A DNA stretch of 32,000 nucleotides from Pseudoalteromonas translucida KMM 520. GTDB lineage: Bacteria; Pseudomonadota; Gammaproteobacteria; Enterobacterales; Alteromonadaceae. The stretch covers positions 2,190,001-2,222,000 of the forward strand of contig NZ_CP011034.1 of assembly GCF_001465295.1 (NCBI RefSeq). Direction: 5' to 3'. Shown piece by piece: positions 1-9,555 of this stretch. The position numbers were made by a program, and so were the translations under genes. Positions within the stretch are counted from its first letter, which is position 1. Every line of letters begins with the position of its first letter. The notes below the pieces were generated by a model, which was not told the DNA's origin, searched no databases, and was given only the letters and a program-made list of their open reading frames with translations.

Positions 1-168
<168 letters not shown>

Positions 169-354
169 TCTCCGCGTTCGCCTCGTTAACCTATGTATTC
201 AGTTAACGATACCTGCAAGCAGGTGGGTTTCCCCATTCGGAAATCCTAGTCTCAAGTGCTTTTTACTAGCTTGACTAGGCTTATCGCAAGTTAATACGTC
301 CTTCATCGCCTCCAACTGCCAAGGCATCCACCGTGTACGCTTAGTCACTTAACC
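169..354 (-). rRNA. 23S rRNA, 5'-terminal ~186 nt only
   Basis: The reverse complement reads ggttaagtgactaagcgtacacggtggatgccttggcag ... ccgaatggggaaaccc ... ggttaacgaggcgaacgcggaga. This is the canonical gammaproteobacterial 23S 5' end (compare E. coli GGTTAAGCGACTAAGCGTACACGGTGGATGCC). The expected continuation (ctgaaacatc) is replaced by 16S sequence. Confidence 0.88.
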
Positions 355-557
355 ATACAACCCAAACGGGTCTTTGTTGTGTGACAGTTTAACTTCGCCA
401 GAAGTCAATATTGAATACTAAAGTAGATACCAATCAATCAACTCATAAGAGTTAACTAAATGGCACTGAATGGTACTGCTACCATTCTTTTTTTACTTTT
501 GAAAACTCTTGATAAATACAATGTATTCATCAGAATTTTATTATCAGCTTTTCCAAA

Positions 558-570
558 TTTTTAAAGAGCA
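558..570 (-). promoter_or_regulatory. Spacer boxA antitermination element
   Basis: The reverse complement is TGCTCTTTAAAAA, a 12/13 match to E. coli rrn boxA TGCTCTTTAACAA, at the expected position in the 16S-23S spacer. Confidence 0.6.
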
Positions 571-607
571 TATTAATTAGTTATCCCGAAGGACAAGCAC
601 TAATTAA

Positions 608-626
608 CAATCATCTGTGTGGACAC
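608..626 (-). other. 3' strand of the 16S RNase III processing stem
   Basis: caatcatctgtgtggacac is an inverted repeat of 2391-2409 (gtgcccacacagatgattg), 18/19 with the single difference a G-U pair in RNA. The two arms bracket the mature 16S, as in enterobacterial rrn operons. Confidence 0.7.
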
Positions 627-652
627 TACGAACAAATAAGTTCTAAATCGTA

Positions 653-2188
<1,536 letters not shown>

Positions 2189-2390
2189 AAAAGTTTTATG
2201 TCTTTCGACAGCTCAATGAATTCTGAATTTATTTTAATATCTTTCGATATTGAATTGACTGTGCCGAAGCAACTTATAAATAAGTTACTTCTGTTGGTCA
2301 CTCAGTTTTCAATTGAGACTCTAATTTGTTTGCCTCGCTAATTACCCATAAAGAGTAAGTAGTTTGGCTGTTAGAACTCAATCTGTACGA

Positions 2391-2409
2391 GTGCCCACAC
2401 AGATGATTG
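2391..2409 (-). other. 5' (leader) strand of the 16S RNase III processing stem
   Basis: Inverted repeat partner of 608-626, about 200 nt upstream of the mature 16S 5' end. Confidence 0.7.
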
Positions 2410-2416
2410 CTTTATA

Positions 2417-2429
2417 TTGTTAAAGAACG
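2417..2429 (-). promoter_or_regulatory. Leader boxA antitermination element
   Basis: The reverse complement is CGTTCTTTAACAA, an 11/13 match to E. coli boxA TGCTCTTTAACAA. It sits between the putative promoters and the processing stem. Confidence 0.6.
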
Positions 2430-2462
2430 TTTTGAGTCGCTTTAGCGTCTCAAGGGATGCGT

Positions 2463-2490
2463 ATAATACATCCTTTATTTTTCGAGTCAA
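2463..2490 (-). promoter_or_regulatory. Putative rrn P2 promoter
   Basis: The minus strand reads TTGACT (2490-2485), a 16-nt spacer, TATTAT (2468-2463), then the GC-rich discriminator acgcatccc. Confidence 0.5.
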
Positions 2491-2601
2491 TACTTTGTTT
2501 TAAACTTTCTTTTTGGAAGATTTAAAACCGAAGTTTTATTTAACTCTCTAAGTAGTTCGTGCCTTGCTATGCTTCGGCGTTTCCCTTCTCAGTGGGGTCG
2601 C

Positions 2602-2629
2602 ATTATAGGGAGCCGCAGATTTTACGCAA
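2602..2629 (-). promoter_or_regulatory. Putative rrn P1 promoter with an A/T-rich UP-like region upstream
   Basis: The minus strand reads TTGCGT (2629-2624), a 16-nt spacer, TATAAT (2607-2602), then the GC-rich discriminator gcgacccc. The upstream region (2630-2670) is A/T-rich (ggtaaaaattaaatgcaaaaaagg). Confidence 0.55.
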
Positions 2630-2693
2630 GCGTTTTTATCGCCTTTTTTGCATTTAATTTTTACCCCAAAGATACACAACCCAGACCCACAGG

Positions 2694-2717
2694 TTACCCA
2701 CAAAACCCTGTGGATAA
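2694..2717. promoter_or_regulatory. Pair of convergent DnaA-box-like 9-mers
   Basis: TTACCCACA (2694-2702, plus strand, 8/9) and tgtggataa (2709-2717), which is TTATCCACA on the minus strand (9/9 to the DnaA R-box consensus), 6 bp apart. They lie in the divergent region between rrn P1 and the symporter gene. Confidence 0.35.
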
Positions 2718-2805
2718 GTCATTTTTTTACCTCGATTACTAAACTATTTCTCAAGCTTATGCTAAGTTGCGCGACAGATTTAAACTCGTTGATTAGGCAA
2801 ATAGC

Positions 2806-4224
2806 ATGACAGATATAATAAACAGTATAAGCAGCCTCTTATGGGGCCATGTTTTAGTATACTTATTAATAGCAGCAGGGCTGTTTTTCACCATTCGCCT
2901 TCGCTTTATTCAATTTGTACAGTTTCCTCACATGATAAAAGTGATGTTTTTGAGTCGTAGAGGTTCAGGCGATGGCATTTCTTCATTCCAAGCCTTTTGT
3001 ACTTCACTCGCAGCGCGTGTTGGTACTGGTAATATGGCAGGCGTTGCAGTTGCACTTTATTTAGGTGGTGCTGGGGCAATTTTTTGGATGTGGCTTATTG
3101 CTTTAATTGGTATGGCGACTAGTTTTGCCGAGAGCACATTAGCGCAAGCTTATAAAACGCGTGATGAACAGGGGAACTTTCGTGGTGGCCCAGCTTATTA
3201 TATGGAATATGGTTTAGGTAAGCGCTGGATGGGCGTTATTTTTTCGCTGTGTTTAATATTAGCGTTTGGTTTTGTATTTAACGCAGTGCAGTCAAACTCT
3301 ATTGCTGCTGCATTTAAGGTCGCTTTTGATATTCCGAACTACATAGTAGGTATTGCTTTAGTTATTGGCTCTGGGATCATTATTTTTGGCGGTTTAAAAA
3401 CTATTTCTCGATTTGCAGAAATGGTAGTGCCTTTTATGGCTCTTGCTTATTTACTCGTCGCTTTGTACGTTTGTGCTTTAAATTACTCTGAGCTACCTGG
3501 TGTTTTTATGCATGTTATAAATAGTGCATTTGGTATTGAGCAAGCAGGCGCAGGCGCAATTGGCTACGGCGTTATGCAAGCGATGATCCAAGGCATTAAA
3601 CGTGGCTTGTTCTCAAACGAAGCGGGTATGGGTAGCGCTGCTAACGCAGCAGCAACAGCAACACCTAACCCTCCCCACCCTGCTTCACAAGGGTATGTGC
3701 AAATGTTAGGCGTTTTTGTTGATACTATTGTAATTTGTAGCGCTACTGCGGCATTAATTTTATTATCGCAACAGCTAACTGCTGGCTCTGGCTTAACGGG
3801 CATAGCTTTAACTCAAGCAGCACTTGAGGAGCATGTAGGTAGCTGGGGTGCAATATTCGTTGCGATTGCTATTTTATTCTTTGCTTTCACATCTATTGTT
3901 GCTAATTACTCTTATGCGGAAACAAATTTATTATTTTTAGAGCATAACCATGCATACGGCATGTTGATTTTTAGATTGTTAGTATTAGGTATGGTGATGT
4001 TTGGTGCAATGGGTGAGCTACCATTAGTGTGGACTTTAGCCGATATATCTATGGGGTTAATGGCTATTGTGAACGTTATAGCATTATTTATGTTGTCAGG
4101 CGTTGTTGTTTGGCTTGCTAAAGACTACAACACGCAACGCCGTGCTGGAAAGTTACCAACCTTCGATCCAACTAAAAATAAGCATCTTGATAAAACAATT
4201 CCAAAAGGGATTTGGCATAAGTAA
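2806..4224 (+). CDS. Alanine/glycine:cation symporter (AGCS family, AlsT-like)
   Basis: 472-aa polytopic membrane ORF. N-terminus (INSISSLLWGHVLVYLLIAAGLFFTIRLRFIQF) and motifs SSFQAFCTSLAARVGTGNMAGVA and FSNEAGMGSAANAAA are typical of AGCS sodium:alanine symporters. Confidence 0.9.
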   Translation: MTDIINSISSLLWGHVLVYLLIAAGLFFTIRLRFIQFVQFPHMIKVMFLSRRGSGDGISSFQAFCTSLAARVGTGNMAGVAVALYLGGAGAIFWMWLIALIGMATSFAESTLAQAYKTRDEQGNFRGGPAYYMEYGLGKRWMGVIFSLCLILAFGFVFNAVQSNSIAAAFKVAFDIPNYIVGIALVIGSGIIIFGGLKTISRFAEMVVPFMALAYLLVALYVCALNYSELPGVFMHVINSAFGIEQAGAGAIGYGVMQAMIQGIKRGLFSNEAGMGSAANAAATATPNPPHPASQGYVQMLGVFVDTIVICSATAALILLSQQLTAGSGLTGIALTQAALEEHVGSWGAIFVAIAILFFAFTSIVANYSYAETNLLFLEHNHAYGMLIFRLLVLGMVMFGAMGELPLVWTLADISMGLMAIVNVIALFMLSGVVVWLAKDYNTQRRAGKLPTFDPTKNKHLDKTIPKGIWHK

Positions 4225-4250
4225 TTATAGCTAATATTAGTTAAATTAAA

Positions 4251-4277
4251 GGGAGGCTATATTGCTTCCCTTTTTTT
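4251..4277 (+). terminator. Rho-independent terminator of the symporter gene
   Basis: gggaggc-tatatt-gcttccc hairpin (7 bp, one G-U) followed by TTTTTTT, 27 nt after the stop codon. Confidence 0.8.
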
Positions 4278-4916
4278 GCTTTTAAAACACACACCCATTA
4301 CTGGCTCGCCTTTATATGGCTAATAACGCTTCACTCTACACCTTCATACAATAACCTAAGCCTCAGAGACGCATGAGGCCTAACCTCCCCCTCTAAACTT
4401 AGTAACTATGATCTGGCCTATTTAAATAGTAACGCTTTGCCTGTTACTTGTTGCTAACGGCTAGTAATCGCTATTCATGGTAAGCATTAAACTTTGCATT
4501 GTAATACGTTCTCATGCTGTAAATACAAAACCCTATACCTAGTGTATAGAGCCCTCATGTTTTTGATTGGTATTATAATTAGGTAAAGTGTAGCCATGTA
4601 GCCATGTAGCTATGCGCTGCGGCGTTATTTCGTTACGGGATCTTTGGTATTATCAGCAAGTGTGGCTATTTAATACGTGTGGTATCAATGAATAGCTAAT
4701 AGCTTAATTGGTAATACTTATTAGGTAAGGCTGGAGAGTTTAAGATATAAATAAGCACTGAATCTAGTATTATTTAAAGGTAATTATTCACTTTAACAGA
4801 CTGGGTTTTATTGTAGTAATAAGGTGTGTAGTTTGATTATAACGATTTGATGCATAAATACTGGCTAATGTTATGTCAGCTTATAGCATTGTTTATTAAT
4901 AGTAACAGGAAGAAAG

Positions 4917-5003
4917 TGGTGCCCGAGGCCGGAATTGAACCGGCACGACTTGTTAGTCGAGGGATTTTAAATCCCTTGTGTCTACCAATTCCACCACTCG
5001 GGC
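4917..5003 (-). tRNA. leuZ: tRNA-Leu (anticodon UAA), copy 1
   Basis: The rc is GCCCGAGTGGTGGAATTGGTAGACACAAGGGATTTAAAATCCCTCGACTAACAAGTCGTGCCGGTTCAATTCCGGCCTCGGGCACCA. It has a 7-bp acceptor stem, anticodon loop TTTAAAA, a long variable arm, a T-arm GCCGG/CCGGC and an encoded CCA. Confidence 0.95.
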
Positions 5004-5041
5004 ATCGAGTTTGCTAATTAAAGCGTGTGGAGTAAATTATA

Positions 5042-5115
5042 TGGAGGCGGAACCCGGAGTCGAACCGAGGTAAACGGATTTGCAATCCGGTGCATGGCCA
5101 CTCTGCCATTCCGCC
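5042..5115 (-). tRNA. cysT: tRNA-Cys (anticodon GCA), copy 1
   Basis: The rc is GGCGGAATGGCAGAGTGGCCATGCACCGGATTGCAAATCCGTTTACCTCGGTTCGACTCCGGGTTCCGCCTCCA. It has acceptor GGCGGAA/TTCCGCC, anticodon loop TTGCAAA and an encoded CCA. Confidence 0.95.
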
Positions 5116-5134
5116 TAAATGTATCCAAATAATT

Positions 5135-5210
5135 TGGAGCGGCACACGAGGCTCGAACTCGTGACCTCGACCTTGGCAAGGTCGCGCTCTACCAACTGAG
5201 CTAGTGCCGC
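5135..5210 (-). tRNA. glyW: tRNA-Gly (anticodon GCC), copy 1
   Basis: The rc is GCGGCACTAGCTCAGTTGGTAGAGCGCGACCTTGCCAAGGTCGAGGTCACGAGTTCGAGCCTCGTGTGCCGCTCCA. It has anticodon stem CGACC/GGTCG, loop TTGCCAA and an encoded CCA. Confidence 0.95.
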
Positions 5211-5285
5211 ATTTTATTCTATAAGCAATGGTATTTACTTATACTATAAATTAGTATTTTATTACTCTGCCACTTTATATAAAAG

Positions 5286-5372
5286 TGGTGCCCGAGGCCG
5301 GAATTGAACCGGCACGACTTGTTAGTCGAGGGATTTTAAATCCCTTGTGTCTACCAATTCCACCACTCGGGC
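5286..5372 (-). tRNA. tRNA-Leu (UAA), copy 2
   Basis: Identical in sequence to 4917-5003. Confidence 0.95.
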
Positions 5373-5411
5373 ATCGAGTTTGCTATTTAAAGCAAGTGGA
5401 TAAAACTAATA

Positions 5412-5487
5412 TGGAGCGGCACACGAGGCTCGAACTCGTGACCTCGACCTTGGCAAGGTCGCGCTCTACCAACTGAGCTAGTGCCGC
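5412..5487 (-). tRNA. tRNA-Gly (GCC), copy 2
   Basis: Identical in sequence to 5135-5210. Confidence 0.95.
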
Positions 5488-5562
5488 ATTTTATTCTATA
5501 AGCAATGGTATTTACTTATACTATAAATTAGTATTTTATTACTCTGCCACTTTATATAAAAG

Positions 5563-5649
5563 TGGTGCCCGAGGCCGGAATTGAACCGGCACGACTTGTT
5601 AGTCGAGGGATTTTAAATCCCTTGTGTCTACCAATTCCACCACTCGGGC
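5563..5649 (-). tRNA. tRNA-Leu (UAA), copy 3
   Basis: Identical in sequence to 4917-5003. Confidence 0.95.
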
Positions 5650-5688
5650 ATCGAGTTTGCTATTTAAAGCAAGTGGATAAAACTAATA

Positions 5689-5764
5689 TGGAGCGGCACA
5701 CGAGGCTCGAACTCGTGACCTCGACCTTGGCAAGGTCGCGCTCTACCAACTGAGCTAGTGCCGC
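5689..5764 (-). tRNA. tRNA-Gly (GCC), copy 3
   Basis: Identical in sequence to 5135-5210. Confidence 0.95.
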
Positions 5765-5828
5765 ATCATATTAGTTCTAAATTAAACATTTTATAAATTA
5801 CACTTGGTAATGTAATTAAACCACAAAG

Positions 5829-5915
5829 TGGTGCCCGAGGCCGGAATTGAACCGGCACGACTTGTTAGTCGAGGGATTTTAAATCCCTTGTGTCTACCAA
5901 TTCCACCACTCGGGC
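5829..5915 (-). tRNA. tRNA-Leu (UAA), copy 4
   Basis: Identical in sequence to 4917-5003. Confidence 0.95.
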
Positions 5916-5952
5916 ATCGAGTTTGCTATTTAAAGCATGTGGAGTGTTGCTA

Positions 5953-6026
5953 TGGAGGCGGAACCCGGAGTCGAACCGAGGTAAACGGATTTGCAATCCG
6001 GTGCATGGCCACTCTGCCATTCCGCC
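5953..6026 (-). tRNA. tRNA-Cys (GCA), copy 2
   Basis: Identical in sequence to 5042-5115. Confidence 0.95.
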
Positions 6027-6043
6027 TTAACAATGAGATAAAC

Positions 6044-6119
6044 TGGAGCGGCACACGAGGCTCGAACTCGTGACCTCGACCTTGGCAAGGTCGCGCTCTA
6101 CCAACTGAGCTAGTGCCGC
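6044..6119 (-). tRNA. tRNA-Gly (GCC), copy 4 (promoter-proximal)
   Basis: Identical in sequence to 5135-5210. Confidence 0.95.
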
Positions 6120-6236
6120 ATTTAATATTATTCAGTAAGCTTTCTATCAACTTGCAACGTATTGCAGTAAATATTCAGTAACTGATTAATTACCATTTAG
6201 TTTATCTTGGGGGCTATGCCCTCTCAACACGGACGC

Positions 6237-6264
6237 ATTCTACAGAGATTATTAAACGCGTCAA
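6237..6264 (-). promoter_or_regulatory. Putative promoter of the tRNA operon
   Basis: The minus strand reads TTGACG (6264-6259), a 16-nt spacer, TAGAAT (6242-6237), then the GC-rich discriminator gcgtccgtg. It lies about 115 nt upstream of the first tRNA-Gly and downstream of the pgsA stop. Confidence 0.55.
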
Positions 6265-6335
6265 TACAAAAAATGCCACTTTTGAACTGTTTGATTATTT
6301 TTTATCTAATATGGTGCGTTATTAGACGTTTAGAA

Positions 6336-6881
6336 TCAATTTTTGGTCAATTCACTCCACGCTGATACCAAATATTGCACCATAGAACTCAATGTTAGGA
6401 AGGTCGCAATATACAATAAACCAAAACTTAAATAATTCATCCAAGCATCGTATTGCCAAATTAGACCAATAATGGCTAACATTTGTGCTGCTGTTTTTAT
6501 TTTACCCATATTAGATACAGCCACGTCATCGCGCTTACCTTGTTCTGCCATCCATTCACGCAGCGCAGAGATAACAATTTCGCGGCTTATTATAATAAGT
6601 GCGGGGATAGTCATATACATAGACTGATAATGCTCTGATAACGCAACTAAAGCAGCGCACACCATAACTTTATCGGCAACGGGATCTAAAAACGCACCAA
6701 AGGGAGTTGATTGCTCTAGTTTACGTGCTAAATAACCGTCGAGAATGTCGGTTATTGACGCAAACCAAAAAATAAAGGCGGCAGCAAAAAGCGCCCATGA
6801 ATAAGGTAAATAAAATACCACCAAAAAAATGGGGATAAGAAAAAGTCTAAAGGTTGTGAGTGTGTTTGGAATATTCCACAT
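6336..6881 (-). CDS. pgsA: CDP-diacylglycerol--glycerol-3-phosphate 3-phosphatidyltransferase
   Basis: 181 aa, collinear with E. coli PgsA (NIPNTLTTFRL..IP; CDP-alcohol phosphotransferase motif DILDGYLARK...GAFLDPVADK). Sits in the conserved uvrC-pgsA-tRNA context. Confidence 0.95.
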   Translation of the reverse strand: MWNIPNTLTTFRLFLIPIFLVVFYLPYSWALFAAAFIFWFASITDILDGYLARKLEQSTPFGAFLDPVADKVMVCAALVALSEHYQSMYMTIPALIIISREIVISALREWMAEQGKRDDVAVSNMGKIKTAAQMLAIIGLIWQYDAWMNYLSFGLLYIATFLTLSSMVQYLVSAWSELTKN

Positions 6882-6923
6882 AACTGCTTGGGTATGTCTT
6901 TTTTGCTATATTCGCATGAAGGG

Positions 6924-8747
6924 CTAACCCTTGTCATGCAAATGGTTAAATATCTTGTCAGCCATGTCAGGACTGATCCCCGGTACTTTCTTTAACTGTT
7001 CTATATTAGCAGCTTTTACCCCTTGCATGCCCCCTAAATATTTTAATAATGTTTGTCGGCGCTTAGCACCTACGCCATTTATTTCTTCTAATAATGATTG
7101 TGTTCGTTGTTTTTGGCGCTTATTGCGGTGACATGCAATAGCAAAACGATGTGATTCGTCGCGTATATGCTGAATTAAATGCAGTGCAGGTGCATCTGAA
7201 TCCATTGGAATAGTTTTTCGACCACCGTCTATTAACAGTGTTTCGAGACCAGGTTTACGGCTTGTACCTTTAGCCACACCAACTAGCAAGGGCATTTTTG
7301 CATGTGGCCAAGTAGCAAAATACTGCTCTGCACGCCCTAATTGCCCTTTACCGCCGTCTATAAAAATCACATCGGGTATTTTATCTTCATCTACTAATTT
7401 GTTGTAGCGCTTATTCAGCGCAAACTCCATGGCGGCATAATCATCCCCACCGGTTATTCCGGTTACGTTGTAACGCCTATACTCTTTAGTATTTGGCCCT
7501 TGTGAATCAAATACCACACAGCTAGCAACCGTGTTCTCTCCCATAGTATGGCTTATATCAAAACATTCCATTCTGGTTATATCATCAAGGCGTAGGGTAG
7601 CTTTTAATTGCGCATAGCGTTTATTAATAGAGTCTTGGGTGCTTTGCTTAACGGTAATACTATTTAATGCGTTTTTATTTGCTAACTGTAAATACTGGGC
7701 GCGCTCACCCCGAGTAACTACTTTAAGAGTTACTTTACGCTCACTTATTTGCGTAAGTGCTTGGCCTAATACGTCGCTTTCTTGTATTTCGAACGGCAAA
7801 ATGATTTCTTTTGCGATACGCCCGGTTGCCCCCGGTGCTAAATAATACTGGCCTAAAAACGAGGTCAGTATTTCTTGTTCACTTGAGTCTTTTGGTACTT
7901 TTGGAAAATAGGTTTTACTGCCCAATACTTTATGGTCGCGGATCATCAATAAGTGAATGCCATTTAAACCATTTAAGTGTGCAAAACCCACAACATCCAT
8001 TTCTGCAAAGTTACCCGAAATAGACTGTTGTTCCTGCATTTTACGCAGCAACATTATTTGGTCACGCACTTTTGCAGCCAGTTCAAAATTTAGCTGCTGG
8101 CTCGCGGCTTCCATTTTTTTAATGAGATCGGCAATTACCTCATGTGATTTACCCGTTAAAAACTTACGCACATAATCAACTTGCTCGGTATAATCTTCAT
8201 CTGAAACTTTATTTACGCACGGGGCTGAGCAGCGTTTGAGTTGATATTGTAAGCATGGTCGGCTGCGCGCACGGTAATAAACATCTTCGCATTGACGTAT
8301 GGGAAATATTTTTTGCATCAGTCGTAAGCTTTCTGATACCGCTCCCGCACTTGGAAATGGGCCAAAATACTCGCCTTTTACTTTACGACTACCACGATGA
8401 AACGCTAATCGAGGATGTTTATGATTAGTGAGTAATATATAAGGATAGGATTTATCGTCGCGTAATAAAATATTGTAACGAGGCTGATATTTTTTTATCA
8501 GATTGTTTTCAAGTAATAGCGCTTCGGTTTCGGTATTAGTAAGCGTTACTTCAACATTACAAATATTACTGACTAAAACACGGGTTTTGCTGTCAGTGAT
8601 GTTACTTCTAAAGTAACTACTCACCCGTTTTTTTAAATGCTTTGCTTTACCAACATAAATTACTTGATTGTCACTATCGAGCATACGGTAAACCCCGGGC
8701 TCACTCGATAGTGTTTTTAAAAACTGGACGTGATCAAATTCAGACAT
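6924..8747 (-). CDS. uvrC: Excinuclease ABC subunit C
   Basis: 607 aa. N-terminal GIY-YIG (PGVYRMLDSDNQVIYVGKAKHLKKRVSSYF), and the QPRYNILLRDDKSYPYI and FPIRQC blocks match E. coli UvrC. C-terminal HhH region present. Confidence 0.97.
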   Translation of the reverse strand: MSEFDHVQFLKTLSSEPGVYRMLDSDNQVIYVGKAKHLKKRVSSYFRSNITDSKTRVLVSNICNVEVTLTNTETEALLLENNLIKKYQPRYNILLRDDKSYPYILLTNHKHPRLAFHRGSRKVKGEYFGPFPSAGAVSESLRLMQKIFPIRQCEDVYYRARSRPCLQYQLKRCSAPCVNKVSDEDYTEQVDYVRKFLTGKSHEVIADLIKKMEAASQQLNFELAAKVRDQIMLLRKMQEQQSISGNFAEMDVVGFAHLNGLNGIHLLMIRDHKVLGSKTYFPKVPKDSSEQEILTSFLGQYYLAPGATGRIAKEIILPFEIQESDVLGQALTQISERKVTLKVVTRGERAQYLQLANKNALNSITVKQSTQDSINKRYAQLKATLRLDDITRMECFDISHTMGENTVASCVVFDSQGPNTKEYRRYNVTGITGGDDYAAMEFALNKRYNKLVDEDKIPDVIFIDGGKGQLGRAEQYFATWPHAKMPLLVGVAKGTSRKPGLETLLIDGGRKTIPMDSDAPALHLIQHIRDESHRFAIACHRNKRQKQRTQSLLEEINGVGAKRRQTLLKYLGGMQGVKAANIEQLKKVPGISPDMADKIFNHLHDKG

Positions 8748-8756
8748 AAATAATGA

Positions 8757-9407
8757 TTAGTACGATACGTCTATATCAATCATTTTATAGCGAATAGCTA
8801 AATGAGTCAGCTCTACATCGCCACTCACATTTAGTTTTTCAAACATACGATAGCGGTAGCTATTAACTGTTTTAGAGCTCAAATTTAAACGCTCAGCTAT
8901 ACTTTGTGCTTTTTCACCTTTGGTGATCATTAGCATTATTTGCAGTTCACGCTCTGACAAACTCTGAAACGGACTTTCATCAGTGCGCCCACTTACCTGT
9001 GCTAATGCAATTTGTTGTGCAATTTCAGGTGCAATATAGCGCTGCCCTGCATGCACACAACGTATAGCACGTACCATTTCATCAGACCCAGCGCCTTTAG
9101 TTAAAAAGCCATGCGCGCCAAGTTGCATTACGGTACTAGGATACGGATCTTCACAATTAACAGTAAGCACTATAATTTTTACATCGGGGCAATAACGACA
9201 AATCTTTTTCGTCGCCTCAAGGCCACCAATGCCGGGCATATTCATGTCCATAAGTACTATATTGGGTGAGTGTTGACGACAAAATTGCACTGCCTCTTCA
9301 CCTGTTTTAGCTTCTCCAACAACTTTAAAGCCTCGTACATCGTCAAGAATCCGCCTGATCCCTGTTCGTACCAACTCATGGTCATCAACTAAAAGTACAT
9401 TAATCAA
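8757..9407 (-). CDS. uvrY: Two-component response regulator, UvrY/GacA family (REC + LuxR-type HTH)
   Basis: 216 aa. INVLLVDDHELVRTGI receiver domain with phospho-acceptor region VLMDMNMPG. C-terminal LSERELQIMLMITKGEKAQSIAERLNLSSKTVNSYR HTH. Lies 9 nt upstream of uvrC, as in enterobacteria. Confidence 0.92.
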   Translation of the reverse strand: MINVLLVDDHELVRTGIRRILDDVRGFKVVGEAKTGEEAVQFCRQHSPNIVLMDMNMPGIGGLEATKKICRYCPDVKIIVLTVNCEDPYPSTVMQLGAHGFLTKGAGSDEMVRAIRCVHAGQRYIAPEIAQQIALAQVSGRTDESPFQSLSERELQIMLMITKGEKAQSIAERLNLSSKTVNSYRYRMFEKLNVSGDVELTHLAIRYKMIDIDVSY

Positions 9408-9510
9408 TGGAACATCCTCACTAGCCTAATAAAATGCAATTTAATAATATTAATTTGCCACAATAACATAGTTAAAATAAAACAATAACCGATATTATTT
9501 CATCGTTTAA

Positions 9511-9548
9511 GGTGTGTTAATACATGTATATTAACAGATTAACACACC
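9511..9548 (-). terminator. Hairpin downstream of the DAACS transporter gene (possible terminator)
   Basis: ggtgtgttaat / attaacacacc form an 11-bp stem with a 16-nt loop, beginning 8 nt after the stop. There is no strong U-tract, hence the low confidence. Confidence 0.35.
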
Positions 9549-9555
9549 CAGTTTA

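Larger units (their letters stand above)
355..652 (-). other. 16S-23S internal transcribed spacer without tRNA genes
   Basis: Lies between the 16S 3' end (653) and the 23S 5' end (354). AT-rich, with no cloverleaf-capable segment visible. Contains a boxA-like element and one strand of the 16S processing stem. Confidence 0.8.
5211..5764. repeat. Perfect tandem duplication, 2 x 277 bp (spacer, tRNA-Leu, spacer, tRNA-Gly)
   Basis: 5211-5487 and 5488-5764 are identical by direct comparison, including both non-coding spacers (75 bp and 39 bp). Confidence 0.95.

Noticed and set aside
4591-4614. tagccatg tagccatg tagctatg microrepeat
   Set aside because: Three copies of an 8-mer in non-coding DNA. 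This is too short to call a functional repeat or a phase-variation tract, and no gene is attached.
4917-6119. Regularly spaced identical repeats that look superficially like a CRISPR array
   Set aside because: Every repeat folds as a canonical tRNA with an encoded CCA. The units are 74-87 nt rather than 24-40 nt, some of the spacers are themselves duplicated, and there are no cas genes in the window.
5285-6150. Repeated 63-81-aa ORFs (MVPEAGIEPARLVSRG...) and the 66-aa minus-strand ORF
   Set aside because: They are read-through translations of the tRNA-Leu/Gly/Cys genes. Their repetition only reflects the tRNA duplication.
6752-6937. 61-aa minus-strand ORF bridging pgsA and uvrC
   Set aside because: It overlaps the 5' end of pgsA out of frame. 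The pgsA frame is validated by full-length similarity to E. coli PgsA.
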